Source: Scyliorhinus canicula
Lineage: Eukaryota
Direction: 5' to 3'
NCBI RefSeq assembly: GCF_902713615.1
Contig: NC_052151.1
Span: 205,191,974-205,255,973, forward strand
Length of the DNA stretch: 64,000 nucleotides
A program made the translations under genes and the position numbers. The notes under the pieces are model-generated. The model saw nothing but the letters and a program-made list of their open reading frames with translations. It ran no database searches and was not told where the DNA came from. This document shows, one piece after another, positions 23,826 through 37,630 of this stretch (positions within the stretch are counted from its first letter, which is position 1; each line of letters starts with the position of its first letter).

Positions 23826-24466
23826 TTCTTTTTCATAAATGTTTTTAATTGGGTTTTTGAACACAGGATAAGAAACATATATATATACACATATATAGAA
23901 GAGAAGGGCAGACCCAAATATACCAAAGAAAAGAAAATAGTAAATAATAAAAAAAATACATTAACAAATAAAATAGAATAACTGGTAGGGTATTGTGCAC
24001 CAGCTCAACAGCAGCAACTCTGTACACCTGGCAAAATTATTTACAGCACATAAGTACGCAACTGTTTGTGGGGGGAAGGAGGGAGGGGTGGAGACTGGGG
24101 ACGTAAATATACATTCGGGCACCGGAGATCTCAATTACAGTGGGCAATACTCAAATGGGTTTGGTGTTGGTGTTGTCGCTTGCTTCTCCTGGATGGATCT
24201 CGCTGCCGTCTCGCGCTCACCTCAGCTTCTGCCATTCCTCCCGTCCTTTGTCTTTATTCTCCTCATTCCCTGGTCCTGGAGATGCCATGTTTGTTACTGT
24301 ATCCTGTGCCTTCCTTCTGGCTCTCATTTCCCTGCCTCCCCACCACCTTCCTGGTTCTCCTCTCTTGATCCCTGTCTCTCCCCTCTTGCCCCCCCTCCCC
24401 CCCCCCCCCCCCCACCACCCTCCTGTGGTTTGCCTTTCTTTCCTCTTAGGTTTAGCTGTTCCAGCC

Positions 24467-24497
<31 letters not shown>

Positions 24498-26291
24498 TGC
24501 CTCCCGGTTTATCTCTCCCTCTCATGCTTTGGTGACTTTCCCCTGATTCTTCGCTACCTGGCTATTCTTCCGCTTGTTCATTGGCCATAAACAGGTCCTG
24601 GAACAATTGCGTGAATGGCTCCCACGTTCTGTGGAAGCCGTCATCTGACCCTCGGATGGCGAATTTGATTTTCTCCATTTGGAGAGGAGATTCCGAGAGG
24701 TCAGACAGCCAGTCTGCAACTCTGGGTGGTGCTGCTGACCGCCGGCCGAACAGGATTCTACGGTGGGAGATCAGGGAGGCAAAGGCAAGGGTGTTCACCC
24801 TCCTCCCCAGGAATAGATCTGGCTGGTCCAAAACCCCGAAGACTGCCACTTTCCGGCAGGGCTCCACCCTCATCCCCACCACTTTGGACATTGCCGCGAA
24901 GAAGGTTGTCCAGTACCCTGCAAATCTGGGTCAAGACCACAACATGTGGGCGTGGTTGGCCAGGCCTCCTTGGCACCGTTCATATCTATCCTCCACCTCC
25001 GGGAAGAACCTACTCATATGGGTTCTTGTTAAGTGGGCTCTATGTACCACTTTTATCTGCGTCAGGCTGAGCCTTGCGCACGTGGAGGTGGAGTTGACCC
25101 TATGCAGTGCTTTGCTCCAGAGTCACCACCCTATCTCAAACCCACAGGTCCTCCTCCCATTTCTTTCTTGTTGCATCCAGTACGGTGTTGGCCCTTTCTA
25201 TCAGTTGGTCATACATGTCACTACAATGTCCTTTATCTAATATGCTTGCGTCTCCCCTGGGTGGGCGAACCTCCAGGTGTCCACCCCTCCCATCTGCTCC
25301 ATAAAGTGACTGGGTTCCCCTGCCATGCTTGAGGTTTTCCCCGTTTTGGGGTTTGATCTGTCTGCCTTTGGATCCTGTACACAGTTAAATTCCCCCCCCC
25401 CATGATTAGTCGATGCATCGCTATGTCAGGGACTTCTTCCATGGTCTTCTTGATGAAGCTCGTGTCGTCCCAGTTGGGTGCGTACACGTTAACTCGTACT
25501 ACCGGTGCCCCATCCAGGGCCCCGCTGATAATGACGTACCGTTCCCCCAGATCCGTAACCGTCTTTGTCGCCCTAAATATCATCCTCCTGCTGATCAGTA
25601 TCACCACCCCCCGGTCCTGGTCCCATAGCAGGAATGGTAGGTTTGTCACACCCAGCCCTTTCTTACCCGCAGTTGGTCCTGCTCCCTCAGGTGTGTCTCT
25701 TGGAGGAAGACTATGTCGGCCCTCATATTTCTTAGGTGGGTGAGGACTCTGGATCTCTTCACTGGGCCTTTGAGTCCCCTTACATTCCAGGTGACTATCC
25801 TGGTGGGGGGCTTCTGCCCCCTCGCTCCTGTGGGATTAACCATACTTACCTGGTGGATGTGCCCCTGCCCTCCGGGGTTTCCCTTTGTTGGGGGGCCGTC
25901 CAGGATGCCCGCTGTCACTGCTCTCCCCATGCGGTCGGGTCCCTGCGCTCCGGGGTTTCCCTTTGTCCCATGGGCACCGGACATGGCCACCCACTGTGCG
26001 TCCGCCACACGGGCAATCCCCTGCACTCTGGGGTCTCCCTTCGCCCAGAGACCGTACTGGGTGGTGCTTGCAGTGATTCCTTGTTTCGAGCCCTTGGTTG
26101 TGGCACTTTGTAGCCCTATTCCTTTTCTAGCCTTGTTTGTCCCTCCTTCCCTGTGTCCCCCCTCCCCAGTCTCTCCCTCCCTGTGTCCCCCCCCCAGTCT
26201 CTCCCTTTTCCACCCTCTCCCGTATACCCCTCCTTTGTCCCTCTTTCCCCTGTTCCTATTCCTGTTTGCTCTCCCGCCTCTGTTGACTGGT
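23826..26291 (-). mobile_element. L1-clade LINE, 5'-truncated, RT region internally deleted
   Basis: EN motifs TWNVRGL, LQETHL, NVYAPN joined near 25235 to the C-terminal HMLWSxP region; 14-bp TSD atgtttgcattttc (23812-23825, 26292-26305). Confidence 0.85.
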
Positions 26292-26357
26292 ATGTTTGCA
26301 TTTTCAAGATGGAAGCAGAAAATCCTGGAGAAATCGCTGCAACATCAACTTCAGAGA

Positions 26358-26495
26358 AGTCATAGAATTTACAGTGCATAAGGAGGCCATTCAGCCCATC
26401 GAGTCTGCACTGGCCCTTAGAAAGAGCACCCTACTTAAGCCCACGCCTCCACCCTATCCCCGTAACCCAGTAGAATCACCTAATATTCTGGACAC

Positions 26496-26527
<32 letters not shown>

Positions 26528-26600
26528 ATTTAGCATGGCCAATCCACCGAATCAGCATATCTTTCGACTGTGGGAGGAAACCGGAGCATCCAGAGGAAAT
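26358..26600 (-). mobile_element. 5'-truncated V-SINE, tail A
   Basis: V-domain part and tail. Confidence 0.75.
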
Positions 26601-29600
26601 GGTAAGGACCAGTTACGGACTGCTAAAAGAACTAGCCTTGAGGTTTTGTACCTGAATGCTTGAAGAATTGGAAATAAAATGGATGAATTGGAGATAGATG
26701 CAAAAGAGGTATGATTATAGTTGCTGTTGCAGAGACATGGCTCCAAGTTGACCAAGGATGGTAACTAAACATTCAGTGCAAATCCGTTTTTATGGAGGAC
26801 AGGCAAAAGAAAAGATGGTGGAGTTGGATTAAGAAAATATTGATACAATTTTGAGGAAAAATATTAACATAGACGTTGTGGAATCTGAATGGGTTGAGTT
26901 AAGAGCATTGGTAGTGGTGGCATATAGGCCACCAAACTGCATTGTTAGTGTTGGGAATAGCATTAGACAGGAATTCAGAGCTGCATGTGATGAAGGAACA
27001 TCTGTGAATGTGGGTGACTGAGCTGTATATAGATCGGGAGAATCAAATTAACCACAGTTGAAAAAAGGAGGAATTTCTGGAGTGTGTACAGGATGGTTTT
27101 CTGGACCAATAGGTTGAGAAACCAACAAGGGAACAAGCCATTTTGGACTGAGAAAAGATGAGTTGAAATGAGAAAGGATTAGTTGGCAACGTGGTTGTGA
27201 GAGAACCCTTAGGGATGAGTGACTATATGGTACAATTCTTTATGGTGGGTAGTCAGGTATAATAATAATAATCTTTATTGTCACAAGTAGGCTTACATTA
27301 ACTCTGCAATGAAGTTACTGTGAAAAGCTGTAGGTCATCAGAAGTAGCAGAATTATATTCAACCACAATCTGCAATCTCTAAGTCCGGGATATCCCCCAC
27401 TCTACAATTACCAGAAAGCCAAGAAATCAACCCTGGTTCAATGAAGAGTGCAGGAGAGCATGCCAGGAACAACAACAGGCACACTGAAAAATGAGGTATC
27501 AAACAGGTGAAACTACAACATAGGACTACTTGTGTGCCAAACAGCATAAGCAGCTAGTAATAGACAGAGCTAAGCGATTCCCCAATGAATACATCAGATA
27601 TAAGCTCTGTAATACTGCCACATCCAGCTGTGAATGGTGGTGGGCAATTAAACAACTCACTGGAAGAGGAGGCTCCACATATTTCCCCATCCTCAATGGT
27701 GAATGAGCCTAGCACATTGTGCAAAAAGCAAGACTGAAGCATTTGCAACAATCTTCAGTCAGAAGTGCCGAATGGATGATCCATCTTGGTCTTCTCTGGA
27801 GGTTCCCACCATCACAGATGTCAGTCTTCAGCCAATACGATTCATTCCACGTGATATCAAGAAATGGCTGAAGGTACTGGATACTGCAAAGTCTATGGGC
27901 TCTACAATAGTCCGGCTACAGTACTGAAGACTTGTGCTCCAGAATTTGCCATACCCCTAGCCAAATTGTTCCAGTACAGCTACATCACTGGCATCTATCC
28001 GACAATGTGGAAAAATGGCCAGGTGTGCCATGTACACAAGAAACATGACAAATCGAGCCCAGCCAATTGCCGCCCTATCAGTCTACTCTACAGCATCAGC
28101 AAAGTGATGGAAGTAGTAAGCAACAGTGCTATCAAATGGCACTTACTCAGCAAAACTTGCTCACGGACACTCAGTTTGGGTTTCACCAGGGCCACTCAGC
28201 TCCTGACCGCATTACAGCCTTGGTTAAAACATAGATAAAAGAGCTGAATGCCAGACTTGAGCGCAGAGTGGCTCCCCTGACATCAAGATGGCATTTGACC
28301 AAGTATGGCATCATTGAGCCCCAGCTAAAGTGGAGTCAATGGGAATCAGGGGGAAAACTCTCCACTGGTTGAAGTCATACCTGGTACCAAAGGAAGATGG
28401 TTGTGGTGGTGCTGGAGATAAATCATCCCACCTCCAGGTCATCACTGCGGGAGTTCATCCGGCTAATGTCCTAGGCCCAGTCATTTTCAGCTGCTTCGTC
28501 AATGACCTGCCTTCCATCATAAGGTCGGAAGTAGGGATGTTTGCGGACGACTGTACCATTTTCAGCACATTTGTGATTCCTCAGATAATGAAGCAGCCCG
28601 TGTCCAAATGCAGCATGTCTTGGGCAATGGTATTACCATCACTGGATCCCCCACGATCAACATCCTGAGGGTTACCATTGATCAGAAACTGAACTGGACT
28701 AGTCATATTTATATTGTGGCTACCAGGGCAGTTCAAAGGCTAGGAATTTCACGGCAAGGAACCCACCTCCTGACCGCCACAGCCCCCCCCCCACCCCCCA
28801 CCCCGACCTTCCCCAAAGCCTGTCCACAATCTGGAAGATACAAGACATGAGTGTAATAGAATACTCTCCACTTGCCTGGATGAATGCAGCTCTAACAACA
28901 CTCAAGAAGCTGGACACCATCCAGGACAAAGCAGTCCGCTTTATTGCTCTCCCTTCCACTAACATTCAAACTCTCCACCACCAATGAACAGTGGCAGCCG
29001 GGTGTACCATCTACAAGATGCATTGCAGCAATTCACCAAGGTTCCTTAGGTTCCTTCCAAACCTACGACCACTATCATTTAGAAGAACAAGAGCAGCAGA
29101 TAGCTAGGAACCCCACCACCGGGAGGTTCCCCTCCAAGTCACTCACCACCCTGACTTGGAAATATGTCACCATTCCTTCACTATCACTGGGACAACAATC
29201 ATGAAACTTCCTCCCTAACTGCACAGTGGGTGTACCTACACCCCAAGCATTGCAGAACTTCAAGATGGCAACTCACCACCACCTTCTGAAGGGCAGCGAG
29301 GGATGGTCAATAAATGCTGGCCGACCCAGCGACGCCTACAACCCGTTAATTAATTTTTAAAAGTACAAGGGAAATTAGAGATAGTATTATATTCAAAGTG
29401 GTATATATATATTAGCAAGAAACAGCAAAAGACGCGAGGATTGGGAACAGTTTAAAATTCACCAAAGGCAGAGCAAGGGATTGATTACGAAGGAGAAAAT
29501 ACAATATGAAAGTAAGCAAGTGGGGAACATAAAAATTGACTGTAAAAGTTTCTGTCAGTTAAGAGAAAAAGATTGATTAAAAACGAATGTAGGGCCCTTA

Positions 29601-31720
29601 CAGTCAGAAATGGGGGACTTCATGATGAAGAACAAGTAAATGACTAAGGAGCTAAATTCGTACTTTGCTTCAGTCTTTACAAAGGAAGACATGAATAATG
29701 TACCGGAAGTTGTGAGAAACACAAGATTCAATGACAGTCTAAAGGAAATTAGTATTAGCAAAGAAATGGTTTTAGGCAAATTAATGTGATTGAAGGCGGA
29801 TAAATCTCCAGGGCCTGATAATCTTCATATCAGAGTACTTACAGAAAGTATGCCGAGAAATAGCATATCCATTAGTGATCATTTTCCAAAATTCTTTGGA
29901 CTCTGGAATGCTTCCTACAGATTGGAGGGTAGTTAATATAACCCCGCTATTCAAAAAGGGAGGTAGAGAGAAAACAGGGAACTACAGACCAGTGAGCCAA
30001 ACGTCAGTAGTAGAGAACAAAGAAATGGCTGAGGAACTAAATTTGCACAGAGTTCACAAAGGAAGACATGAATAATGTACTAAAAGTTCTGAGAAACACC
30101 AGTTTCAATGAGCAGCTGAAGGAAATTAGTATTAGTTAAGAAATGGTTTTGGGGAAATTAATGGGATTGAAGGCGGACAAATCTCCAGGGTCCCATAATC
30201 TTCATCCCAGAGTACTTCAGGAAGTGGCTCGAGAAACAGATCGATTGGTGGTAATTTAGCAAACTTTTTTGGACTCTGGAATGTTTCCATAGATTTGAGG
30301 CTAGCTAATATAACCCCGCTATTCAAAAAGGGAGGTAGAGAGAAAACAGGATACTATAGACCAGTGAGCCTAACGTCGATAGTAGGGATGTTGCGAGAGT
30401 CCATTATCAAGGATTTCATAGCACAACATTTGGAAAGCAGTGGTATAACCAGACAAAGTTAGAATGGATTTATGAAGGGGAAATCATGCATGACATATCT
30501 ATTGGAATTCTTTGAAGATGTAACCAGTAGAGTTGACTCGGGAGACCCGGTGGATGTGTTTATTTAGACTTTCAGAAGGTTTTCGATAAGGTCTCACAAA
30601 GCAGATTACTATCTAAAGTTAAAGCACATTGGATTGTGGGTCCTGTCTTGAGATGGATAGAAAGCTGGTTAGAAGGCAGGAAGCAAAAAGTTGGAATAAA
30701 TGCATCTTTTTCCGATTGGCAGGTGGTGATAAGGGGGCTACGGTAGGGATATATGTGCTAGGACCCCCAACTGTTCACATTATATACTAATGATTTGGAC
30801 AAGGGAACTAAATGTAGTATTTCCAAATTTGAAGATGATACATAGTTGGGTTGGAGGGTGAATTGTGAGGTGGATGCAGAGATTGTTCAGCAGGATTTGG
30901 ACAGGCTGAGTGAGTGGGCATATGTATGGCAGATACAGTATAACATGGATGAATGTGATGTAGTAAAAATAGGAAGGCACATTATGATCTGAATAGATGT
31001 AAATTGAGAGAGGTGGATATTGAGCGAGACCTTCATGTAAAAGGAAGCAGGTACAGCAGGTAGTAAAAAAAGCAAATGGTATGTTGGCCTTCATAGCGAG
31101 AGGATTTGAGTACAAGAACAGGGACGTTTTGTTACAGTCATATTGGGCATTGATGAGGTCACGCCTGGAATATAATATGCAATTTTGTTGACCTTATCTG
31201 AGAAAGGTTATTCTTGTTTTGGAGGGAGTGCAGCGAAGGTTTACCAGGCTGATGCCTAGAATGGTGGGACTGTCATATGAGGAGAGACAAATTCGGTCAG
31301 CATTATATTCATTGGAGTTTAGAAGAGTGAGAGGGGATCTCATAGAACCATACAAAGTTCTAACACGATTAGAGAGGACAGATTCAGAAAGAATGTTCCC
31401 GATGGTGGGGGAGTCCCGAACAAGGGGTCACAGTTTGAGGATAAGGGATAAACCATCTCAGATTGAGGTGAAAAGAATTTTCTTCACTTAGCAAGTTGTG
31501 AATCTGTGGCATTCACCATCATGAAAAGTAGTTAAGGTGAAAATATTGTGCAATTTCAAGAAGGATTAAAGCTCTTGATGCTAAAGGGATCAAAGGATAT
31601 GGGGGGAGGCAGGATCAGGGTATTGAAATTGATGATCGGCCATGATCATAATGAATGGTGGGACAGGCTCGAAGGTTTGTTTGAATGGCCTCCTCATGCT
31701 TCTATTTTTTATGCATGGAT
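26600..31720 (+). mobile_element. decayed CR1 LINE (EN ~26630-27250; RT and 3' end ~29360-31720) interrupted by another LINE
   Basis: PLFKKGGREKTGNYRPVS, VQRRFTRLMP, TRGHSL motifs; many stops. Confidence 0.85.
27330..29350 (+). mobile_element. CR1/L2-group LINE (second family), RT and 3' end
   Basis: RPISLL, VLGPVIFSCFVNDLP, MFADDCT, TIDQKLNW; tail aataaatgctggcc..ccagcgacgcc. Confidence 0.8.
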
Positions 31721-31849
31721 CTACATATGTTTCTATGAAGTTCGGCACTTTCAAACATAATGTAAAATTCTATGATGTTCTGGTCACTCATCCCGAAAGG
31801 TTCTTTTACACCATGATTATTAATTATCCCTTTTTTGTTACATAATACT

Positions 31850-32750
31850 AGATCTAGAATAGGCTGTCCTCCAGTTGGCTCCTGAACTTATTGCTCTAAG
31901 ATAACATCGCTGACAAACTCCAGAAACATGTCTTCCTCAACATTAGTGCTCACTTGTTAGCCAGTCTATGTGCATGTTGAAGCCATCTGTGCTCACAGAA
32001 TTGTCCATGCTACATGCTTCTCACATCTCCTAATTGAAACTATGCCCCACATTACCATTTTGTCGCATATAAACAACTCCAATCAATGTCTGCTCCCCTT
32101 ACTGTTTCTTAGCTCTATCCAAACAGATTCCATGCATTGTTCTAACAACCTGATATCATCCCTTACTACTGAATCCATCCCTTATGATCAGTGCATCTCA
32201 AACTCTTTTCCTTTTTTGTCTGTCCTCCTAACCATCGAATATCCTTGAACACTCAATTCCCAGTCTTGGTCATCATGCAGCTATGTTTCTGTGATGGCCA
32301 TTATATCATAGCTCTATTTGTGCCTATAGAAAATCTACCTTGTTGTGAATGCTGTGCACATTCAGGTAGAGCACCCTTAACTTTATTTTTTTGACACCTT
32401 TCCACATTCCATGCATACTTGATGCTTTGCTTTGATTCCCCTGCCTTCTAGTCCCATTACTACTTCCTGTTACCAACATCACTTCCTTCCAATTTGGGTC
32501 ACCCTTCAGGTTCCCATCCCCCTGACAAGCTGGATGCTTATAGTGGGAGATTCAATGATGATAATGCCCTTGAATGTCAATGGGGCTTTGGCTCTCTTTT
32601 TCAAGATGGTCATTGCCAGACACGTGTGTAGCGTTAATGTTAATTCCCACTTCTCAGCCAAAGTCACGATATTGTGCAGGTTTCTTTGCATTTGGACATG
32701 GATTGTTTCAGTATCATACGAGTTTCAATGTTGCTAAATATTGTGCACTC
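31850..32750 (-). mobile_element. decayed CR1-group LINE fragments
   Basis: EN-like remnants resembling 26630-27250, and ESPTI motif shared with ~28640. Confidence 0.5.
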
Positions 32751-33199
32751 CTTAGCGACCATTCCCCCTTCAGATAGGTGGTGTGAAGTTCAGCTTGGGG
32801 TGAAATCTGACAAGATTGTGAAGAGTCGGGTTCAGCCTCAGAGTGTTGCAAGGGAGGGGTTTGGGTTGATGCTTCAGGAGTGGAATCTGTAGCAGGGTCA
32901 ATTGTTTTCCCCTTTCCAATATTTAATTGGAAGAAAGTTCTGCATATTCACTGCTGGATATCAGACAAGTTAGGATGGCCTGTTTCAGCCCGAGACCACG
33001 ACTAGGGACAGGATAGAGTCAATAACAAAATATTTGATGATGGGAGTTTTGTGGGCTGGAGTATTGATCCCCCTCCTAGTCTTTATCTGTGTGGATCCAA
33101 GCATTAGTTCACCTCTGCTGTACAGGATTGCGTTAGAGAAACATCCATTCAGTCCAATTTCTATGGGTTAATGAAAATGTACATTACATTACATGCCGG

Positions 33200-33785
33200 G
33201 ATGGCACTCTGGCACAGTGGTTAGCACTGCTGTCTCATAGCGCCAGTGACCTGGATTCGATTCTGAACTTTGTGGAGTTTCCACATTCTCCCTGTGACTC
33301 CGTGGGTTTCCTGCCAAAGTACAAAGATGCCTCTTAAGGGCAGCACGGTAGCATTGTGGCTAGCACAATTGCTTCACAGCTCCAGGGTCCCAAGTTCGAT
33401 TTCGACTTGGGTCACTGTCTGTGTGGAGTCTGCACATCCTCCCCGTGACTGCGTGGGTTTCCTCCGGGTACTCCGGTTTCCTCCCACAGTCCAAAGATGT
33501 GCAGGTTGGGTGGATTGGCCATGACAAATTGTCCAAAATTCTATGATTAACCTAGGACAAAAGTTCGGCGCAACATCGTGGGCCGAAGGGCCTGTTCTGT
33601 GCTGTATTTCTCTATCTATCTATGTGCAAGTTAGGTGGATTGTCTGTGCTAAATTGCCCCTTAATGTTCAAAGGTTAGGTGGGTTGTGAGGGAGAGGGCT
33701 CTAGCCGGGTGCTCTTTCAGAGGCTCTGTGCCGACTTCATCAGTCACATGTCCTCCTTCTGCACTGTAGAAATTCTGTAATTACG
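33200..33785 (+). mobile_element. V-SINE with a second V-SINE nested at ~33338-33622
   Basis: Two heads; outer element resumes at gtgcaagttaggtggatt after the inner (tcta)n tail. Confidence 0.8.
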
Positions 33786-33971
33786 TACAGCAGATGAAAC
33801 TGAATTACAAGGAACATAGAACTCAGCAACAGATCATTTTGTTCCATTAATGTGAACGTGTTTATATTTCATCTGAGACATGTTCTATTCCATCTATCTT
33901 ATCTGTCTAATCATCCTTATTCATCTATTCCATTAGTTTATTTTTGAAAGCCGGTCGCCCAACCACTTCTT

Positions 33972-34192
33972 TTTTTAAAATAAATTTAGAGTGCCCAATT
34001 TTTTCCAATTAAGGGGCAATTTAGCATGGCCAATCCACCTATCCTGCACATCTTTTGGGTTGTGGGGGTGAAACCCACGCAAACACGGGGAGAATGTGCA
34101 AACTGCACACAGACAGTGACCCAGGGCCGGGATTCGAACCCGGGTCCTCAGCGCCGTAGGCAGCAATGCTAACCACTGTGCCACCGTGCTGC
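33972..34192 (-). mobile_element. short V-SINE (type C, A-rich end)
   Basis: 15-bp TSD gcccaaccacttctt. Confidence 0.85.
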
Positions 34193-34299
34193 CTGCCCAA
34201 CCACTTCTTGCAACCATTCTAACTGTTCTCAGGAAAAATAAATTGATCCTTATTTCTCTGTTGGATATAAAGAAAAGTAAGATAGATTATGAGAGTAAA

Positions 34300-35850
34300 C
34301 AAGCTCATAATATAAAAACAAAGCAAAGGCTTCTACAAATATATAAAATGAAAAAGAGTGTCCAAGATAAACATTAATCCTTTAGATGATGAAAAGGATG
34401 ATTTAATAATGGCAAATGAGGAAATGGCTAAGGCATTTTGTCGGTCTTCACAGTGGAAGACACAAATAACATGACAATAATGGTTGGCAAGGGGGCTATG
34501 GCAGGTGAGGACCTAGAAATGATCATTATTATGAAGGAGGTAGTTGGCCAAGCGAATGGGGTTAAAAGTAGAAAGTCTCTTGGCCCTGATGGAATGCATG
34601 TCAGGTTACTAAAAGAGGTGGCGGGGGAAATAGAAATGCGCTTGTGGTAATTTACCAAACTTTGCTGGACTCTGGGGCGGTTACAGCAGATTGGAAAACA
34701 GCAAATGTGATTCCACTGTTTAAAAAAGGAGGTAGACAAAAGGTGGGGATCTATAGGCCGGTTAATTTTAATTCTGTAGTGAGGAAAATGCTTGAAGCTA
34801 TCGTGAAGGAAGAAATAGCGAGACATCTGGATAGAAATTGTCCCATTGGGCATATGTAGCATGGGTTCATGAAAGGCAGGTCATGTTTGACTAATTTAGT
34901 GGAATTTTTTGAGGACATTATGAGCAGGGTGTATAATGGGAACCGGTGGATTTCCAGAAGGCATTCAACAAAGTGCCGCACAAAGGCCTGCTGCATAATA
35001 TAAAGGCACATGGTGTTATGGGTAATGTATTAGCATGGATAGAGTATTGGTTAGCTGACAGGAAGCAAAGAGTGGGGACAAATGGGTGTTTTTCTAGTTG
35101 GAGATCAGTGGCTAGTGGTGTGCCTTAGGAATCAGTGTTGGGTTCGAAATTGTTTACAACTTACTTTGATGATGTGGAGCTGGGGACCAAGTATAATGTG
35201 TCAAAGTTCAAGATGACACTAAGATGACTGGTAGAGCCAAGTGTGCAGAGGACACTGAAAGTCTCCAGAGGGATATCGATAGTTTAAGTGAGTTGGCAAG
35301 ATTCTGGCAGATGGAGTGCAATGTTGATAAATGTGAGGTCATCCATTTTGGCAGGAATAACAGCAAAATGAACTATTATTTAAATAGTAGGAATTTGCAG
35401 CATGCTGCTGTGCAGAGGGACCTGGGTGTCCTTGTGCATGAATCACAAAAAAATGCTTTGCAGGTGCAACAAGTAGTTAAGAAGGCAAATGGAATGTTGT
35501 CCTTCATTACTAGAGGAATAGAGTTTAAAATAAGGGAGGTTATGTTGCAGCAGTATAGGGTGCTGGCGAGCCCACCCCTGTAGTACTGTGTACAGTTTTG
35601 GTCTCCTTATTTGAGAAATGATGTACTGGCACTAGAGGGTCTGCACGGGAGATTCACTAGGTTGACTCCAGAGTTGAGAGGATTTTTAAGGCAAAGGTAG
35701 ATATATTTTTGAACAGTAAAGGAATAAAATGTAATGCTGAACGGGCGGGAAAGTGGAGCTGAGTCCACAAAAAGATCAGCCATGATCTTATTGAATGGTG
35801 GAGCCTCGAGGGGCCAGATGGCCTACTCCTGCTCCTAGTTGTTATGGGGC
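34300..35850 (+). mobile_element. decayed CR1 LINE RT/3' part
   Basis: PLFKKGGR, DFQKAFNKVPH, DKCEVIHFG, RDLGVLV. Confidence 0.85.
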
Positions 35851-36404
35851 TAAGTCTTTGATTCCTCCATAAGTGGAAACGTTGGCATGACATTTCCCTA
35901 TCCCATTAATAATAGAAGAAATATATTTTCTAAGAAAAGCCCTCAAACAAAGCTCCAATATTTCACCATAACAGCAAACTCTCAATTCTAGTGTCATCCT
36001 TGCAAATCATTTTCACACTTTCACCTTACCTTCTTTGTCTTTTATACAGTACATAGACCAGAACTATACAAAATGTGAGGTCAAATGGAAAAAATACTAC
36101 TTCTAAATTTGTAACTTGCTTATTGTTTATAATTTTCTTAACAAAGGATAGCATCACACATTATCATTTGCCACTTCACTGACCAGACAATTGTCTTTAG
36201 AATTTAGAATTTAGAACAGTACAGCACAGAACAGGCCCTTCGGCCCTCGATGTTGTGCCGAGCAATGATCACCCTACTTAAACCCACGTATTTTTAAACT
36301 TAATCCTTGTGGATCACCAGATGGGGCCTTTTCCCATCTGATATTGGGGAGGGATTGTGATTTGCAGTTTGCATCAAAGGTGACGGTCAATTAATCCAAT
36401 CACT

Positions 36405-36655
36405 ACAAAATGTAGAAGGAGGCCATTAGGCCCATCGAGACTGCACTGACCCTCTGAAAGAGCACACATCTCGGCCCACTTCCCTGCCCTATCCCCGCAA
36501 CCCCACATATTGATCATGGCCAATCCACCTAACCTGCACAACTTTGGACTGCAGGAGGGAATCCACAGACACAGGGAAAACATGCAAACTTCACACAGTC
36601 ACCCAAGAATGGGTCTATGGTGCTGTGAGGCAGTAGTATTAACCACTGTGCCCCC
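36405..36655 (-). mobile_element. V-SINE, tail A (diverged)
   Basis: Partial V-domain and tail. Confidence 0.7.
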
Positions 36656-36675
36656 CCCCCCCCGTGTTTAATCTA

Positions 36676-36976
36676 TGGCATGATAGCACAGCGGTTAGCA
36701 CTGTTGCTTCACAGCTCCAGGGTCCCAGGTTCAATTCCTGGCTTGGGTCACCGTCTGTGTGGAGTCTGCACTTTCTCCCTGTGTCTGCGTGGGTTTCCTC
36801 CAGGTGCTCCAGTTTCCTCCCACAAGTTCTGAAAGACGTGCTGTTAGGTAATTTGGACATTCTGAATTCTCCCTCTGTGTAACCGAACAGGCGCCGTAAT
36901 GTGGCGACTAGGGGCTTTTCACAGTAACTTAATTGCAGTGTTAATGTAAGCCTACTTGTGACAATAAAGATTATTA
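36676..36976 (+). mobile_element. V-SINE, tail B
   Basis: Head, V-domain, tail B. Confidence 0.85.
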
Positions 36977-37089
36977 AATTATAATCATAATTTATGTGCT
37001 AATACTCTGGCTCCTTATTCGAATCGGATGCCAATCACTTTTATGTCCCCGTGGGTGGAAAATGTATCCAGAACACCATGAGCTGCAGA

Positions 37090-37630
37090 CAGTCCCCTAG
37101 CAATGACTAGAGAACGCCTGTGCGCAGGTGCTGAAACGGTGTGTGCTCTGAGCATGCTCAGTGTTAGTGATGGTGATGGTCTGTGGAGGAGCGAACGGTT
37201 TCGGAGGCGGGAGTGGAATGTGAGCACACGGTAGGAATGGAAACCTCAGTTGGCCTGAAAACTTTATAAACTTCTAGGGTAGGTCTGAGGCTCCTATAAA
37301 GAGGCCACAGCACTCATGCCCCGTGTTAACGCCGCGGTGACAGACCCCCCCAGGAGCGAACTCGCTGGCCGCCATCTTGCGAGTGGGAATCAGGGAGGCG
37401 GGGCTTACTTCTCACTGGCAGGTCAGGGTTACCCAGACAACCAGCCGCCATTCTGGGAAAGAAAAGCTGGGCTGATTTTGTGAAGCGGGACACATGGTCG
37501 GCCATCTTGGTGAGGGAGTGGGCGGGGTTTCGGAGTCTCAGTCCATCTCTGGAATTTTGGGTTAAGTGAACCTATTGATCCATTCAGTCTTCAGCTCCCT
37601 CTGAAAACCCGAGGATGCAAGGTCAGCGGC
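37090..37630 (+). promoter_or_regulatory. CpG-rich promoter/first-exon region, candidate for the ZNF at 45919
   Basis: NRF1-like GCCTGTGCGCA ~37116 and TGAGCATGCTCA ~37149; YY1 motifs GCCGCCATCTT ~37368, GCCGCCATT ~37444, GCCATCTT ~37502; GC boxes. Confidence 0.55.
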
